A stretch of DNA of 64,000 nucleotides from Minisyncoccota bacterium (GCA_016211945.1 JACRHV010000004.1:66649-130648), one strand, 5' to 3'. Counted from the stretch's first letter, positions 37,911 through 47,962 are shown. The notes: a model not told the origin generated them from the letters alone. Numbers and translations are program-made.

Positions 37911-38336
37911 CTATTGTACTTGAACCTTTACGTTCGTCGTTCCATGATACGGACCTTGTTTTACCTCAATAACGCGCGCATCCTCGATGATCTCAATTCC
38001 ATGCGCCATACCAACCTGCAAGACGGTGTCACCCTCAAAAAGATCAACAGAATCAATCTTTTTTCCATCCAGAGTGTAGTACGTTATTCTTATCTTGCCT
38101 TTTACAATATACAGCACTTCTTGAATCGCAGTGATTGTCCTCGGATCGCCGGAATGAAGGTGTGGGAAAAGCACTACTCCTGCTTTTTTTTCATGGAATC
38201 CGAGCTGGAGCGGCTGCTCCTCGCTTCCAACAAACTCAACATTATCGACGGGGTGATCTTTTCGCACAATAACAGCGACAAGAGTCCCACCATATGTAAT
38301 AGAAAAACGTGTTTCTTGTAAAGACAGTGCGCTCAT
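37911..38336 (-). CDS. Cupin-fold protein associated with sugar biosynthesis (WbuC-like)
   Basis: PHLH..QEVL..KG..GD....HG....EVKQGPY. Start MSALS at 38336 (TAATG overlap). Confidence 0.75.
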   Translation of the reverse strand: MSALSLQETRFSITYGGTLVAVIVRKDHPVDNVEFVGSEEQPLQLGFHEKKAGVVLFPHLHSGDPRTITAIQEVLYIVKGKIRITYYTLDGKKIDSVDLFEGDTVLQVGMAHGIEIIEDARVIEVKQGPYHGTTNVKVQVQ

Positions 38337-39235
38337 TATGCTTTCATAATCCACTGAATAGTTTTGTGGAGTCCCTCTTCCAACTCAACCTGCGGTTCCC
38401 AGCCCAACACTTTCTTTGCTTTTGACGCGTCTGCGAAAAGTTCACTCGGATCACCAGGTCGTGCATCAAAATGCGTAACTTTTGCAGGTTTTCCAATGAG
38501 TTTTTCAAGTATTTGAATAATTTCGAGTACCGATGTTGCATTCTTTCCAGATAAATTCATGTAGTGATATCCTTGGGGAAGAGAAAGGGCGAGAAGATGG
38601 GCACGAACGACATCTTCAACGTACACATAATCCCTTTTATTGCTCCCATCGCCCCATACCGTTACCTCGTCACTGTGCATAATTTGACGCGCGAAACGTG
38701 GAATTGCATGTGTTTCAGGCTCGTGATCTTCCTCCGGTCCATACAAATTAAAATACCGCAACGCAACTCCTGTAAATCCAAATGCGTATGCGTACGAAGA
38801 GACAAGTCCTTCCATTGCAAGTTTTGTCATGCCATACGGATTAATTGGCAATGTTCGATCATTTTCTTGAATGGGAGTACGAAGCGGTTCGCCATAGATA
38901 GCAGCACTACTTGAAAATAAGAACTTCTTTACCTCATGTTTTCGCATCGATTCCAGTACAACAAGGGTTCCGAGTATATTATTTTCCGTGTACTTTCTTG
39001 GCTGCTCCACAGACTCTCCAGCTTCTATGTAGCTCGCAAGGTGAAATACTGCATCATGTCCAGGCATGGTCTGATCCACAAGCATCTCGTCCATAACATC
39101 ACCCACAACCGTCTGAACTCCTTGCAATGTACAAGGTTTTTTGTCGATGTTTGTGACGATATGTCTTGCTGCCACTAATGCCCTGCAAAGATGCTTCCCA
39201 AGAAACCCAGAGCCACCGGTAACAAGAATCTTCAT
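38336..39235 (-). CDS. galE: UDP-glucose 4-epimerase-like SDR
   Basis: GGSGFLG, AGESV..P..Y, FSSSAAIYG.P, PINPYGMTK, LRYFN, PETH.IP, RDYVYV, RPGDP. Confidence 0.82.
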   Translation of the reverse strand: MKILVTGGSGFLGKHLCRALVAARHIVTNIDKKPCTLQGVQTVVGDVMDEMLVDQTMPGHDAVFHLASYIEAGESVEQPRKYTENNILGTLVVLESMRKHEVKKFLFSSSAAIYGEPLRTPIQENDRTLPINPYGMTKLAMEGLVSSYAYAFGFTGVALRYFNLYGPEEDHEPETHAIPRFARQIMHSDEVTVWGDGSNKRDYVYVEDVVRAHLLALSLPQGYHYMNLSGKNATSVLEIIQILEKLIGKPAKVTHFDARPGDPSELFADASKAKKVLGWEPQVELEEGLHKTIQWIMKA

Positions 39236-39278
39236 ATACCGCGTAGTATATCTGTTTCACCATTGAAAAAGAAGAGAT

Positions 39279-40481
39279 CTATGCAACCCAAAGACCTTGG
39301 ACAAAGAGCATTGTATTGATGATGAGGAATATGAGTTGGACGACACACAAGAAATAAAAAAATCTTCTATTGTTGTGATACATACGTTCCATGAGAAAAA
39401 ATAGGGGAAAGATAATCATGATATACCGAGGCATACTTTGGAGTGTCCCCGTAAGCGTGGGGAGAATATATGCACCCCAAGAATAGATGAGGTAGGAGAG
39501 ACGAACCATACCTTTTTTGACCGTTGCGATTGCTAACACAATCCCAACACTACTGGTAAAAACCAGTTCTTGAAGATAGGCATAGTACGACCAAGACCAA
39601 ATCGGCCATCCATTCTCTCCAAGGATAAAAAAGGACAAAAAGATTCGCATATACCTATAAAGCACTTGTAGCAACGGCACAAAAGACTCCTGCCGACCGC
39701 CACCAAACTCTGCCTGTACATGCAAGAAGTATAGTGGATCATGAAACTTCCACGCCAAAAATGCCATGTAGAGGAAAAGCCCGCCTAATCCAATGCACAC
39801 GACACCAATAAGACGAAAGAACCTTGATGTGTGTGTTTTCTTTGTAGATCGAAACTCTTGATACATCTCAACCAAGAGTGCAAGTACGAGGAAAACTCCT
39901 GTAATTCGTGTTGCTGTCGCAAAAAAAGAGCACAAGATTGCGACATCCCATCGGCGCAAACGGATAGCGTAGAACGAAGAAAATACCAAAAAAAGAAACA
40001 ATGATTCTGTGTACATTGCCCCGAAGAAAAAGGATGTTGGAAAGATCAGTAGTGAAAGGCAGAGTGCAAAAAAAGAAGACTTCTTGCGTTCAGTCCCTAA
40101 CAACTTTCCGGCAAAAACAAGCATGAGATATGTAAAAATATGCGAGACCAAAAGACCGGAATACACAACATTATGAAAAAGATTAAACAATTGCGTCATT
40201 GCCGGGTACAAAGGAAAAAAAGCCTGAATAAGTCCAGTACCAATATATCCTTTCGTCGCGATCGTGATGTAATGTACGCCATCAAATCCTGCCCATCGTA
40301 CGAGCCACCACGGACCCCTGTTCGCCAACATTGATTCGTAATAGGGGTAACTTGGGGAAAAAGGAATAAGTTTGTCCGCGAACAATGTAGACACAACAAG
40401 AAGCACTCTCCACACGATCAACATGAGTGCCGCGGTGAACCAAATGTTTGATATCACTTTCTTAACGAAGAATTTGTTCAT
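39279..40481 (-). CDS. PIG-V / Mannosyl_trans2-like GT-C mannosyltransferase
   Basis: WAGFDGVHY..IA..GY, AFFPLYP, FPTSFFF..YTESLF, ATRITG, SMPRY, C-terminal WVA. Confidence 0.85.
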   Translation of the reverse strand: MNKFFVKKVISNIWFTAALMLIVWRVLLVVSTLFADKLIPFSPSYPYYESMLANRGPWWLVRWAGFDGVHYITIATKGYIGTGLIQAFFPLYPAMTQLFNLFHNVVYSGLLVSHIFTYLMLVFAGKLLGTERKKSSFFALCLSLLIFPTSFFFGAMYTESLFLFLVFSSFYAIRLRRWDVAILCSFFATATRITGVFLVLALLVEMYQEFRSTKKTHTSRFFRLIGVVCIGLGGLFLYMAFLAWKFHDPLYFLHVQAEFGGGRQESFVPLLQVLYRYMRIFLSFFILGENGWPIWSWSYYAYLQELVFTSSVGIVLAIATVKKGMVRLSYLIYSWGAYILPTLTGTLQSMPRYIMIIFPLFFLMERMYHNNRRFFYFLCVVQLIFLIINTMLFVQGLWVA

Positions 40482-42081
40482 ACCGTTTCCATTGTACTGC
40501 GATAAAACCTACGAGAATAAAGGCGAAAAGCGTGATGCTGTTTCCAACAATACGCGCTGGTGTGTATTGTGTAAATCGCGTGGAAATATTGTGTGTACCA
40601 GCAGAAACATAAAATGACAGTAATCCCTCGGTGTCTTTGTACGTGTATGGAACTTTCTTCCCGTCAACCCTCGTTTCCCAACCTGCAAAATATGCCGTTG
40701 GTTCTGTAATGCGTTGATCTCTGTCAAGTTTTACGGTATAGACATGCTCTGATCCATTCCACATTTTTCTCTCAAGGATCTCGCCTTGCTGTATATGCGG
40801 TTGCTGATCGCTCAACATTCCCGATTGATACGTTAATGTTCTTGGACGATTTTCGTCTACAGTTGTTGATGTTTCCGCGAATGTTTTGTAGTACAGATCG
40901 TCGTGATGAATATACGAATCAATTTTTCTTTGAGATACTCGAATAAGTGAGAAAAGAAGACAAAGAAGAAGCAATGTTCGAGATATTTTTCCCACGTGTG
41001 CATATGTGTACGCGACAAGCATTGACGACACTATTGTCAATGGCCCCAGTAATCTCCATGGAAACTGGATGTACTGCATAAATGGAATAGCGGACCAGAG
41101 TGGCATACTTATGGGCAACATGAATAAAAGAAGGAACACCGTTCCAACAATTAATGCAATATATTCTTTTTTTCTTTTTGCATAGATGCAATACCAAATG
41201 GAAAGTACAAGCGAACAAAAAGATATTATTCCTAACGAAAAAGATAGGGTATCTACCGGTCCCGGAAAGGAGAATCCCCATTGCCACGGGGAGGAAAGAA
41301 CTTGGCTAAAAGTGGGAGCATGTTCTGCGTATGCTCGAGAAAGGTTGACCTGATCTAAGGTAACGAGTGATTTTTCAACTAGTGCTGGAATCCAAAAAAA
41401 TGAAGAGGCCGCCAATCCAGCCAAAATAGGAAAATAAAGGCCGTATTTCTTTGTGTGCAATACGTGTGAATATATGGAAATAAGAACACACGGAATGATG
41501 AGCATTGCAATGATGTTGTGGGCAAGTGCGAGAAACAACACTCCGAAAAAAAGAACGAAAAACATTCCTTTTGACTGTCTTTTCTTCCATTTGTGCATCG
41601 CATAGAAAATCCATGGCACTATAGCATACGCAAGTACTTCACCTACTGCCCCGCGAACATACAGGTTTGTAAAGACAAAAGGGGCAAGAAGATAACTTGC
41701 AACGCCAACGCCAGCTGAGATTGATGACACATGGTGCCTGAACCAAACATAGAGACCAATGACAGAGCTCACTATGGCAGTACTGAGTAAAATCTTCATC
41801 GTCCACTCAACTGAAAGTCCTATCGCCAAGAATGGCAGTGCGAGAATATTTGCCAAAGGATAATTATAGTTAAACACAGGATAACCGTATCCTGCCCAAA
41901 AGGTTGGAGCCCACCGTGGCGGAAACTGACCTTGTTTTACAGCCACAGCGTAGTTTGCGATACGCGCAAGATGGTTCACCCCATCATGTGTTTCCGGAAA
42001 ACCCGCGTTAAAGAGAAGTGGACGAAGCAATATAATCAAGAGAGATACTCCACCAAAAACCAGTACCATACGGCGCATCAT
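40462..42081 (-). CDS. PTPS-related/YfhO-like membrane protein (GT-C type)
   Basis: THDG..HLAR, GQFPPRW, GYGYPVFNYNYPL, YVRGAVGE, FFWIPALVE, QFPWR, YFAGW...VDG. Start MMRR at 42081. Confidence 0.85.
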   Translation of the reverse strand: MMRRMVLVFGGVSLLIILLRPLLFNAGFPETHDGVNHLARIANYAVAVKQGQFPPRWAPTFWAGYGYPVFNYNYPLANILALPFLAIGLSVEWTMKILLSTAIVSSVIGLYVWFRHHVSSISAGVGVASYLLAPFVFTNLYVRGAVGEVLAYAIVPWIFYAMHKWKKRQSKGMFFVLFFGVLFLALAHNIIAMLIIPCVLISIYSHVLHTKKYGLYFPILAGLAASSFFWIPALVEKSLVTLDQVNLSRAYAEHAPTFSQVLSSPWQWGFSFPGPVDTLSFSLGIISFCSLVLSIWYCIYAKRKKEYIALIVGTVFLLLFMLPISMPLWSAIPFMQYIQFPWRLLGPLTIVSSMLVAYTYAHVGKISRTLLLLCLLFSLIRVSQRKIDSYIHHDDLYYKTFAETSTTVDENRPRTLTYQSGMLSDQQPHIQQGEILERKMWNGSEHVYTVKLDRDQRITEPTAYFAGWETRVDGKKVPYTYKDTEGLLSFYVSAGTHNISTRFTQYTPARIVGNSITLFAFILVGFIAVQWKRYEQILR

Positions 42082-43115
42082 CTCTCCACCACTTTCTCGT
42101 ATATTTTCGCTGTCTTTTCTGCTGTTTTTTCCCACCGGAAATGGTCAGCGTGTTTTTCCAACACTTTTCTGCCTATCATCGACTGTTTTCTTGATAACAC
42201 GTTTATCATTGCTCTCGCCATATCTTCACTGTCGTAGGGATTGCAATACTCCACAATAGTGCCTCCTATTTCCGGCAACGAAGAGGTGTTTGATGAAACA
42301 ACAGGGACCCCACATTGCAACGCGTCCAGAACCGAGAGGCCGAAGCCTTCATATAATGAAGGCTGTATGTACAGCGATGCCTGTGTGAAAATTGCCGCGA
42401 GGTCAGCTATAGGATCTTTTGGTACTTCTGTTAACAGGAGTACGCGCGAATCAACCTTGTTTTTCTGTATTGCTTCTTGGAGCGCAGCGCCTTCTGGAAT
42501 ATCAATGTTTTTTAGCGATCGACCCACCATCACAAGCGAATATTCATCCGGTAATTTTGAAAACGCTTCGATACATCGTGGGAGGTTTTTGTTGTAGTTG
42601 ATATCTCCAACATAGAGCACATACTTTTGCGGAAGTTTGTATTGAAGTGCAACTCGACGTACAACCTCCGAAGCTTGTCTTCTCATCCCTGGGTTACCAG
42701 CAAGGTACACAACATGAATTTTCTCTTTGGGCATCCCCAAGTACTTCATGATATCTTTCTTTGAACATTCGGAGTCTGTGATGATTGCTGATACTGTACG
42801 CAAACTCATAAGTTGAAGAAAAAATCGAATCATTCCTTTCACTCCAGGTTTATATCTCTGTGGGAAAATCAAAGGGATGACATCATGAATTGTCACAACA
42901 GTTTTCGCTTCTTTATGTAGGGGGAGTGTGTGAAAAAAAAGATCAAAATAAGGGTAGTGAACAACATCTATCTTGTGTTTCCTCCCACCCGCATACAGAT
43001 GGACCTGCATGCCAGATATTTTCTTGAGATGTTGAACGAGAAAATCTGTGTAAATCCCAACCCCGCGAAAGGCGTTAGCTTTGTGGAGATGTGAGATATC
43101 AATGCGTATATTCAC
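42078..43115 (-). CDS. GT4 glycosyltransferase (MtfB-like)
   Basis: RGVGIY, TIHDVIP, YNKN, PSLYEGFGLSVLDA. GTG start at 43115 lies 6 nt after TACAAT. Confidence 0.9.
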   Translation of the reverse strand: MNIRIDISHLHKANAFRGVGIYTDFLVQHLKKISGMQVHLYAGGRKHKIDVVHYPYFDLFFHTLPLHKEAKTVVTIHDVIPLIFPQRYKPGVKGMIRFFLQLMSLRTVSAIITDSECSKKDIMKYLGMPKEKIHVVYLAGNPGMRRQASEVVRRVALQYKLPQKYVLYVGDINYNKNLPRCIEAFSKLPDEYSLVMVGRSLKNIDIPEGAALQEAIQKNKVDSRVLLLTEVPKDPIADLAAIFTQASLYIQPSLYEGFGLSVLDALQCGVPVVSSNTSSLPEIGGTIVEYCNPYDSEDMARAMINVLSRKQSMIGRKVLEKHADHFRWEKTAEKTAKIYEKVVER

Positions 43116-43119
43116 AAGC

Positions 43120-43824
43120 CTATTGTAACGCAAACTTGATAATCAAGAGAAGATGGCGAAATCCATCACGAAATGTGTTGAGCTTCGAGTAAGACTTGTT
43201 GTGTCGTTGACCGTACGAGATCGGAACCTCGGTCATCTTCAATTTTTCTTGACTTGCGCGCATAAGCATCTCGGATGCAAACTCCATACCATAAGACTTG
43301 AGCTGGAGTTTTTCATACGCTGTTCTGCTCAACAACCGCATTCCACAATGTCCATCCCAAATATGCGTCCAAAAAAAGAGATTGAGAATGAGTGTGAGGA
43401 CAGGAACTCCGATATATCGATGAATGAAGGGCATTGCCAATGGATCAATATTTCCTTTTAATCTATTTCCACTTACTAAGTCATATCCTTCAATGAATTT
43501 TGCATAGAGGAGTGGAATCTCGCGAAAATCATAGGTATCATCGGAATCTCCCATCACGAGAATATCTCCCTTTGCTTTCTCAAAACCCTTCATAAGAGCA
43601 GCTCCATAACCGCGCTGTTTTACCTCGACGATACGTGCTCCCGCTTTCTTTGCTATCTCGACCGAATGATCGCGCGAACCATTATCAGCAATCACAACTT
43701 CACCGGAAAGGCCCGTTTTCTTTATACCTTCAAATGCTTTCTGTATGGAAGCTTGAAGCGTTTCCTCTTCATTAAGACATGGAAGAACGACCGAGATACT
43801 ATGCGCTTTGGTATTTCTTTGCAT
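43120..43824 (-). CDS. DPM1-like GT2, polyprenol-phosphate sugar synthase
   Basis: LPCLNEE, DNGSRD, GYGAAL, MGDSDDTYD, GNR, D.HCGMR, GMEFASEM, SKLNTFRDG. Start MQRN at 43824. Confidence 0.9.
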   Translation of the reverse strand: MQRNTKAHSISVVLPCLNEEETLQASIQKAFEGIKKTGLSGEVVIADNGSRDHSVEIAKKAGARIVEVKQRGYGAALMKGFEKAKGDILVMGDSDDTYDFREIPLLYAKFIEGYDLVSGNRLKGNIDPLAMPFIHRYIGVPVLTLILNLFFWTHIWDGHCGMRLLSRTAYEKLQLKSYGMEFASEMLMRASQEKLKMTEVPISYGQRHNKSYSKLNTFRDGFRHLLLIIKFALQ

Positions 43825-45097
43825 GCAGATATGATGACATGATGAGAACGGTTGGTGCAAGATGCAAAGTAAGACGTGAAACGGCCGCCGCAATAAAACT
43901 CGCTTGCTCTTCTGGTGCGACGGTAAATATGATCATGTACATCACTAACTGCATCGCGAGACCTGCATAAATAATGTGGAGTGATTTTTCTGCACATATC
44001 TCTCTGAAACGTGTAAGTGATAGTGTAATGAAGAAGAAAAATAGGAGATTCCATTTCTGGAGATTGCGAAACTCCTCTCGAAACGCGTGAATGCTGTACA
44101 CCGCATACTCAACCCACGGTCTTGCGTATAGCTCTCCAAATTTAAAATATTGACTCGAATCAACGTGAATTGCCTGTATAAAAAACCTCCAAGGTAGGAG
44201 AAGAAATGTGCCAACCATTGTCATCCACAATCGTAAATGTGGATAGTAGATGAACAAAATAAATGATGTAACACCGGCAAACACCAATCCTTCACTTTTC
44301 ACCCAAGGTAGAGAAAACCATAAAATCTGAGCAAGTAATGGTCGTTTGTATAGCAAAGCAACTGCTCCCGCACACATATACGTACCAACAAGAATGTCTG
44401 CTGTTCCCACATATTCACCACCAACATGTTCTCGAAAAATAAAGAGTGAAATAAAAAGTACAATCCAAAAAATAGCCCTCCATCCTCCTATCTTTGTGTA
44501 TAGCCAACTCCCCATAGACCAAAGCAATGCGATGGTGAACCCAAACAACGCTCCCTTTGCAGCAACCTCATTTGGTGCTTGGGTTAATAGAAATGCATTC
44601 GCGCCTGTAAGTGGAAGGAGTAACGGGTATTCAGGATGATTAAATGGAACAAGCGCCTCCGCGCGCACAATATTTTCCGACCATAATGCCGACATCTTGG
44701 GAACCCAAAATGCAATTGAGTCCCATGTATACATCACGCGGGAAACTGAACGTGTAAAGAAGAATAATGAAAACACGATGATGATGCTCCAAAAGAAAAG
44801 ATGTTTAGCATTCCAATCAATGTTTGGCCTACGCCACCAGCATTTTCTGCTTAAATAAAGTCCAAGTACACCGAGCATAAAAAAGAAAGAGAAGGATAGT
44901 GAAAGTGAAACGCCAATTTGTGAAAAAAGAAACTGTCCAAAGGTTGTTCCCACCGCTCCCAAGAGAAACCAAAATGGGAAAGGATGAACCTCCTGGACCA
45001 TCTTTTTTTCAACTTTCTCGATAAAATATGCAATGAATGAACCAACTCCCAGATAGTTTATCCAGATGAGTAGGACTGGAATAAGGATTTCTCTCAT
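43799..45097 (-). CDS. Multi-TM membrane protein, probable GT-C
   Basis: WDSIAFW..K, HPEYPLLLP, GTAD, KSEG, late SRL..H; about 12 TM. Confidence 0.72.
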   Translation of the reverse strand: MREILIPVLLIWINYLGVGSFIAYFIEKVEKKMVQEVHPFPFWFLLGAVGTTFGQFLFSQIGVSLSLSFSFFFMLGVLGLYLSRKCWWRRPNIDWNAKHLFFWSIIIVFSLFFFTRSVSRVMYTWDSIAFWVPKMSALWSENIVRAEALVPFNHPEYPLLLPLTGANAFLLTQAPNEVAAKGALFGFTIALLWSMGSWLYTKIGGWRAIFWIVLFISLFIFREHVGGEYVGTADILVGTYMCAGAVALLYKRPLLAQILWFSLPWVKSEGLVFAGVTSFILFIYYPHLRLWMTMVGTFLLLPWRFFIQAIHVDSSQYFKFGELYARPWVEYAVYSIHAFREEFRNLQKWNLLFFFFITLSLTRFREICAEKSLHIIYAGLAMQLVMYMIIFTVAPEEQASFIAAAVSRLTLHLAPTVLIMSSYLHAKKYQSA

Positions 45098-45600
45098 TTT
45101 CCCACCTCAGTCTGAATAAGATATTTATCACCACTTTGTCCAAGCACGCGAACCTGTTTTAAACTCGCGTAGGTAGACGTATTCACAACTGCGAGGGAAG
45201 GACTCTTTGGCAATGTTTCGCTTATGACTACAGAGGAAGGAAAGAGATACATCCGTGCATAGTGATACTCCCTAGCTGATACATTCAACAGATGCACAAC
45301 TTGTCCACGATGAACGAGCGGTCGAAACACCCGATAATAGGTGTTGTAATATGTGCCTGATTCATATGATATTTTTTGTTCAAATCGATCAAAAAGCGTT
45401 TTCTTTGTTTCCGCGTATAACTGCACCTCTGCTTGAAGATTGAATAGTGAAAGTATGACTGCGTAGAGTCCAAATGTTCCATAGAATATTCTTCTTATGA
45501 GATGAAATCTGTATTTTGTCATATATTCAAAAACCACAAAAACAAAAATTGAAACATAAAACCATCCAAGTAAAGGAAAAAGTGCGAGTAATTTATGCAT
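45094..45600 (-). CDS. Hypothetical membrane protein (2 TM plus soluble domain)
   Basis: Coupled to both neighbours by overlaps; two N-terminal TMs; YLFP motif. Confidence 0.7.
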   Translation of the reverse strand: MHKLLALFPLLGWFYVSIFVFVVFEYMTKYRFHLIRRIFYGTFGLYAVILSLFNLQAEVQLYAETKKTLFDRFEQKISYESGTYYNTYYRVFRPLVHRGQVVHLLNVSAREYHYARMYLFPSSVVISETLPKSPSLAVVNTSTYASLKQVRVLGQSGDKYLIQTEVGK

Positions 45601-46444
45601 GGATCATTTCCCAATATTTCATATATGCAAGCGGATAGTGTAATCCTGAAAAAAGGGCCCAGACGAACCCTGGAAAGCCATCCAATATCCCTTTATGTCG
45701 CAAGTATAGTTGTAGAAAAACCTGCACGGGTTTGATACACATGTAATAGATGGTCGCCCACAACGTGGTTTTGATGTCATTCTTCCTCATCTGTTCTGCT
45801 GTGAGTGAGGTGTATCGATTTGCGCGCATAAGATACCGAGAAAACGTGGGGTCTGCGTAATGGAGAAGATCTGCAGAAAGCCACGCAATCTTCCCATGTA
45901 CTTTCGGTTGTTCGTGAATATATTTACATGGCCAAGCTGTTGCATTTTTTTTTACGAAACGAATGACACCATCCGGGTATACACCTCCATGCCTCAACCA
46001 GCCTCCAAGAAAAAAATTTAATCGGGGAATAAAATATGCTGTTACCTCACCGGAATCACTTCCTATTTTTCCATCGCGTTCCTCGATACTGCGTTGATGC
46101 CGCTCAAAAAGGAGCTTCTTTTTATTACCGGTCATTTTAATAGACACGCCACGCATGACTTTTTTTATCTGATCTGCGAGTTCTTCACTCACTCTTTCAT
46201 CTGCGTCTAACTGCAAGATCCAGTCGCCTTTTGCCGCATCAAGCGCTTTTTGTTTGTTAATATGAAACATTGCAACTTTTTTTGCAGAGATAACTTTTGC
46301 TCCGTATAACCGCGCTATCTCGGCAGTTTTATCAGTACTTTCACCGTCGACCACGATAATCTCGTCCGCAATGTTTTTTACAGACTCCAAGCATTCGCCT
46401 AAATTTTTTTCTTCATTATAAACAGCCAGTGCGACTGAAAGCAT
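45593..46444 (-). CDS. GT2 beta-glycosyltransferase (WaaE/KdtX-like)
   Basis: AVYNEE, STDKT, WILQLDADE, YPD..IR, IHE, GILDGFPG. Confidence 0.9.
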   Translation of the reverse strand: MLSVALAVYNEEKNLGECLESVKNIADEIIVVDGESTDKTAEIARLYGAKVISAKKVAMFHINKQKALDAAKGDWILQLDADERVSEELADQIKKVMRGVSIKMTGNKKKLLFERHQRSIEERDGKIGSDSGEVTAYFIPRLNFFLGGWLRHGGVYPDGVIRFVKKNATAWPCKYIHEQPKVHGKIAWLSADLLHYADPTFSRYLMRANRYTSLTAEQMRKNDIKTTLWATIYYMCIKPVQVFLQLYLRHKGILDGFPGFVWALFSGLHYPLAYMKYWEMIHA

Positions 46445-46462
46445 ACTTTATTGTACCGTATC

Positions 46463-47962
46463 TCACTCGCGTACATCCTCAAGTATTTTTACGGTATATT
46501 TTTCCTTATTCTGTGCATCAATTTGAGCTGAAAATCGAAAATGTCCGAAAGACTTTACTTGTGATAACCCAAGGTTGTCGAGAGGATAATATTGAACGGA
46601 CGATCTAAAAATATCAGGATTTACTGCCAAATAAAAAAGCGGGTAAATATACGCGTAGTGTGTATCCCCATATACTACAACGTTCATATCTTGTGATCTC
46701 TGTTTCTCTACTTCCAATAATGCACGTTGAGTTCCCACCCCCCACTCAATTTGGGGATGTGTAGAAAATTCACAAAGATACAGACGCATATACAACGACA
46801 CTTCAATAAGAAGTATGCATGTCATGAGAAAAGCAAAAGTCTTGTTGTATGTGATAAGCCATCTCATTCCAATTGCCGCAAATATGACAAACATATACAG
46901 AAAAAAGAGCATGCGTGTAGCTTGCGGTGCGTCGATTGTGATGGCAGAGGCTAGGGGACTGATGAGAAGAGATCCGTACAACAATACTCGCTGCTTGTGT
47001 TGCGGATAGATTTTCCATGCAAAAGTTATGCCTATCGCAAACAACAGCACCAAGCTCCAAGACATATGTCCCCAACCCGGTGGTTGATGCCAAGGATTAC
47101 TTCCACCACCTTTCACTAAAAATTGCGGATCATATGATGAAAAATAATTGCGTGTGAGTGTGGGGATAACAAAAAATAATGGATTTGATAACACCCTTTG
47201 TATTGAGTATGTTTCGGAATTTGCTCGAGCTTGTCTTGACTGTTCCATGAGCTGTTGATTAGAAAAGATCGTGATATTCCCTTTTCCTTTTGTCGCGGGA
47301 AAAACAAGTGCAAATACAAGAATACCAATACCAACAAAAAGTAAAGGTTGAAGATAGATGCGTTTTTGTGCAAAAAAGAGGAGACCTACAATTCCCGGAA
47401 GTAATACAAGTGGCGCATTGTACGTGAGTAATGAAAGCATCATTGCAACAGTTGAAAGTACAATACAAATTCCTCTCTTATCTCCCGCCAAAGTAAGTGA
47501 GAAAACAAAAAAGAACAACGCAAGATTAGCTTCAAAACCAACGTGACTGTAATGAATGGCCCAAGGTGTTAGTGAGATGAAAAAAGCAGTAAGAAGCCCA
47601 AAAACCTTATCTTTCGTGATCTGTAACACAAGAAAATAACTTATGAGGATGAGAAGAATGCCCGCGATCAAAGAGGGTACTCGAACAACCCATTGATTCA
47701 ACCCAAAGATTGAGACAAACGGGATGAGTGAGTAAATGTATCCCGCCAATTTATAGTCACCAAAGGATCGAAAAACGATCGGCCATGATACTCCCCACTC
47801 ATCCATACCCGTTTTTAGTAGTGAATATGCGTTGTATCCCAAAGCCGCTTCATCACGATTCAGAGAACTGGGAATCATTCCAAATCCTAGAAGACGCAGA
47901 AAAATACCAACAAAACATATGATGAGAAGAATCCATGTTGTGTATTTGTGTATATATTTCAT
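46463..47962 (-). CDS. ArnT/PMT-like GT-C glycosyltransferase (tandem paralog 4)
   Basis: RDEAALGYNAYSLLKTGMDEWG..WP..FRSFGDYK, VRVPS, PWAIHYS..GFE. Confidence 0.87.
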   Translation of the reverse strand: MKYIHKYTTWILLIICFVGIFLRLLGFGMIPSSLNRDEAALGYNAYSLLKTGMDEWGVSWPIVFRSFGDYKLAGYIYSLIPFVSIFGLNQWVVRVPSLIAGILLILISYFLVLQITKDKVFGLLTAFFISLTPWAIHYSHVGFEANLALFFFVFSLTLAGDKRGICIVLSTVAMMLSLLTYNAPLVLLPGIVGLLFFAQKRIYLQPLLFVGIGILVFALVFPATKGKGNITIFSNQQLMEQSRQARANSETYSIQRVLSNPLFFVIPTLTRNYFSSYDPQFLVKGGGSNPWHQPPGWGHMSWSLVLLFAIGITFAWKIYPQHKQRVLLYGSLLISPLASAITIDAPQATRMLFFLYMFVIFAAIGMRWLITYNKTFAFLMTCILLIEVSLYMRLYLCEFSTHPQIEWGVGTQRALLEVEKQRSQDMNVVVYGDTHYAYIYPLFYLAVNPDIFRSSVQYYPLDNLGLSQVKSFGHFRFSAQIDAQNKEKYTVKILEDVRE

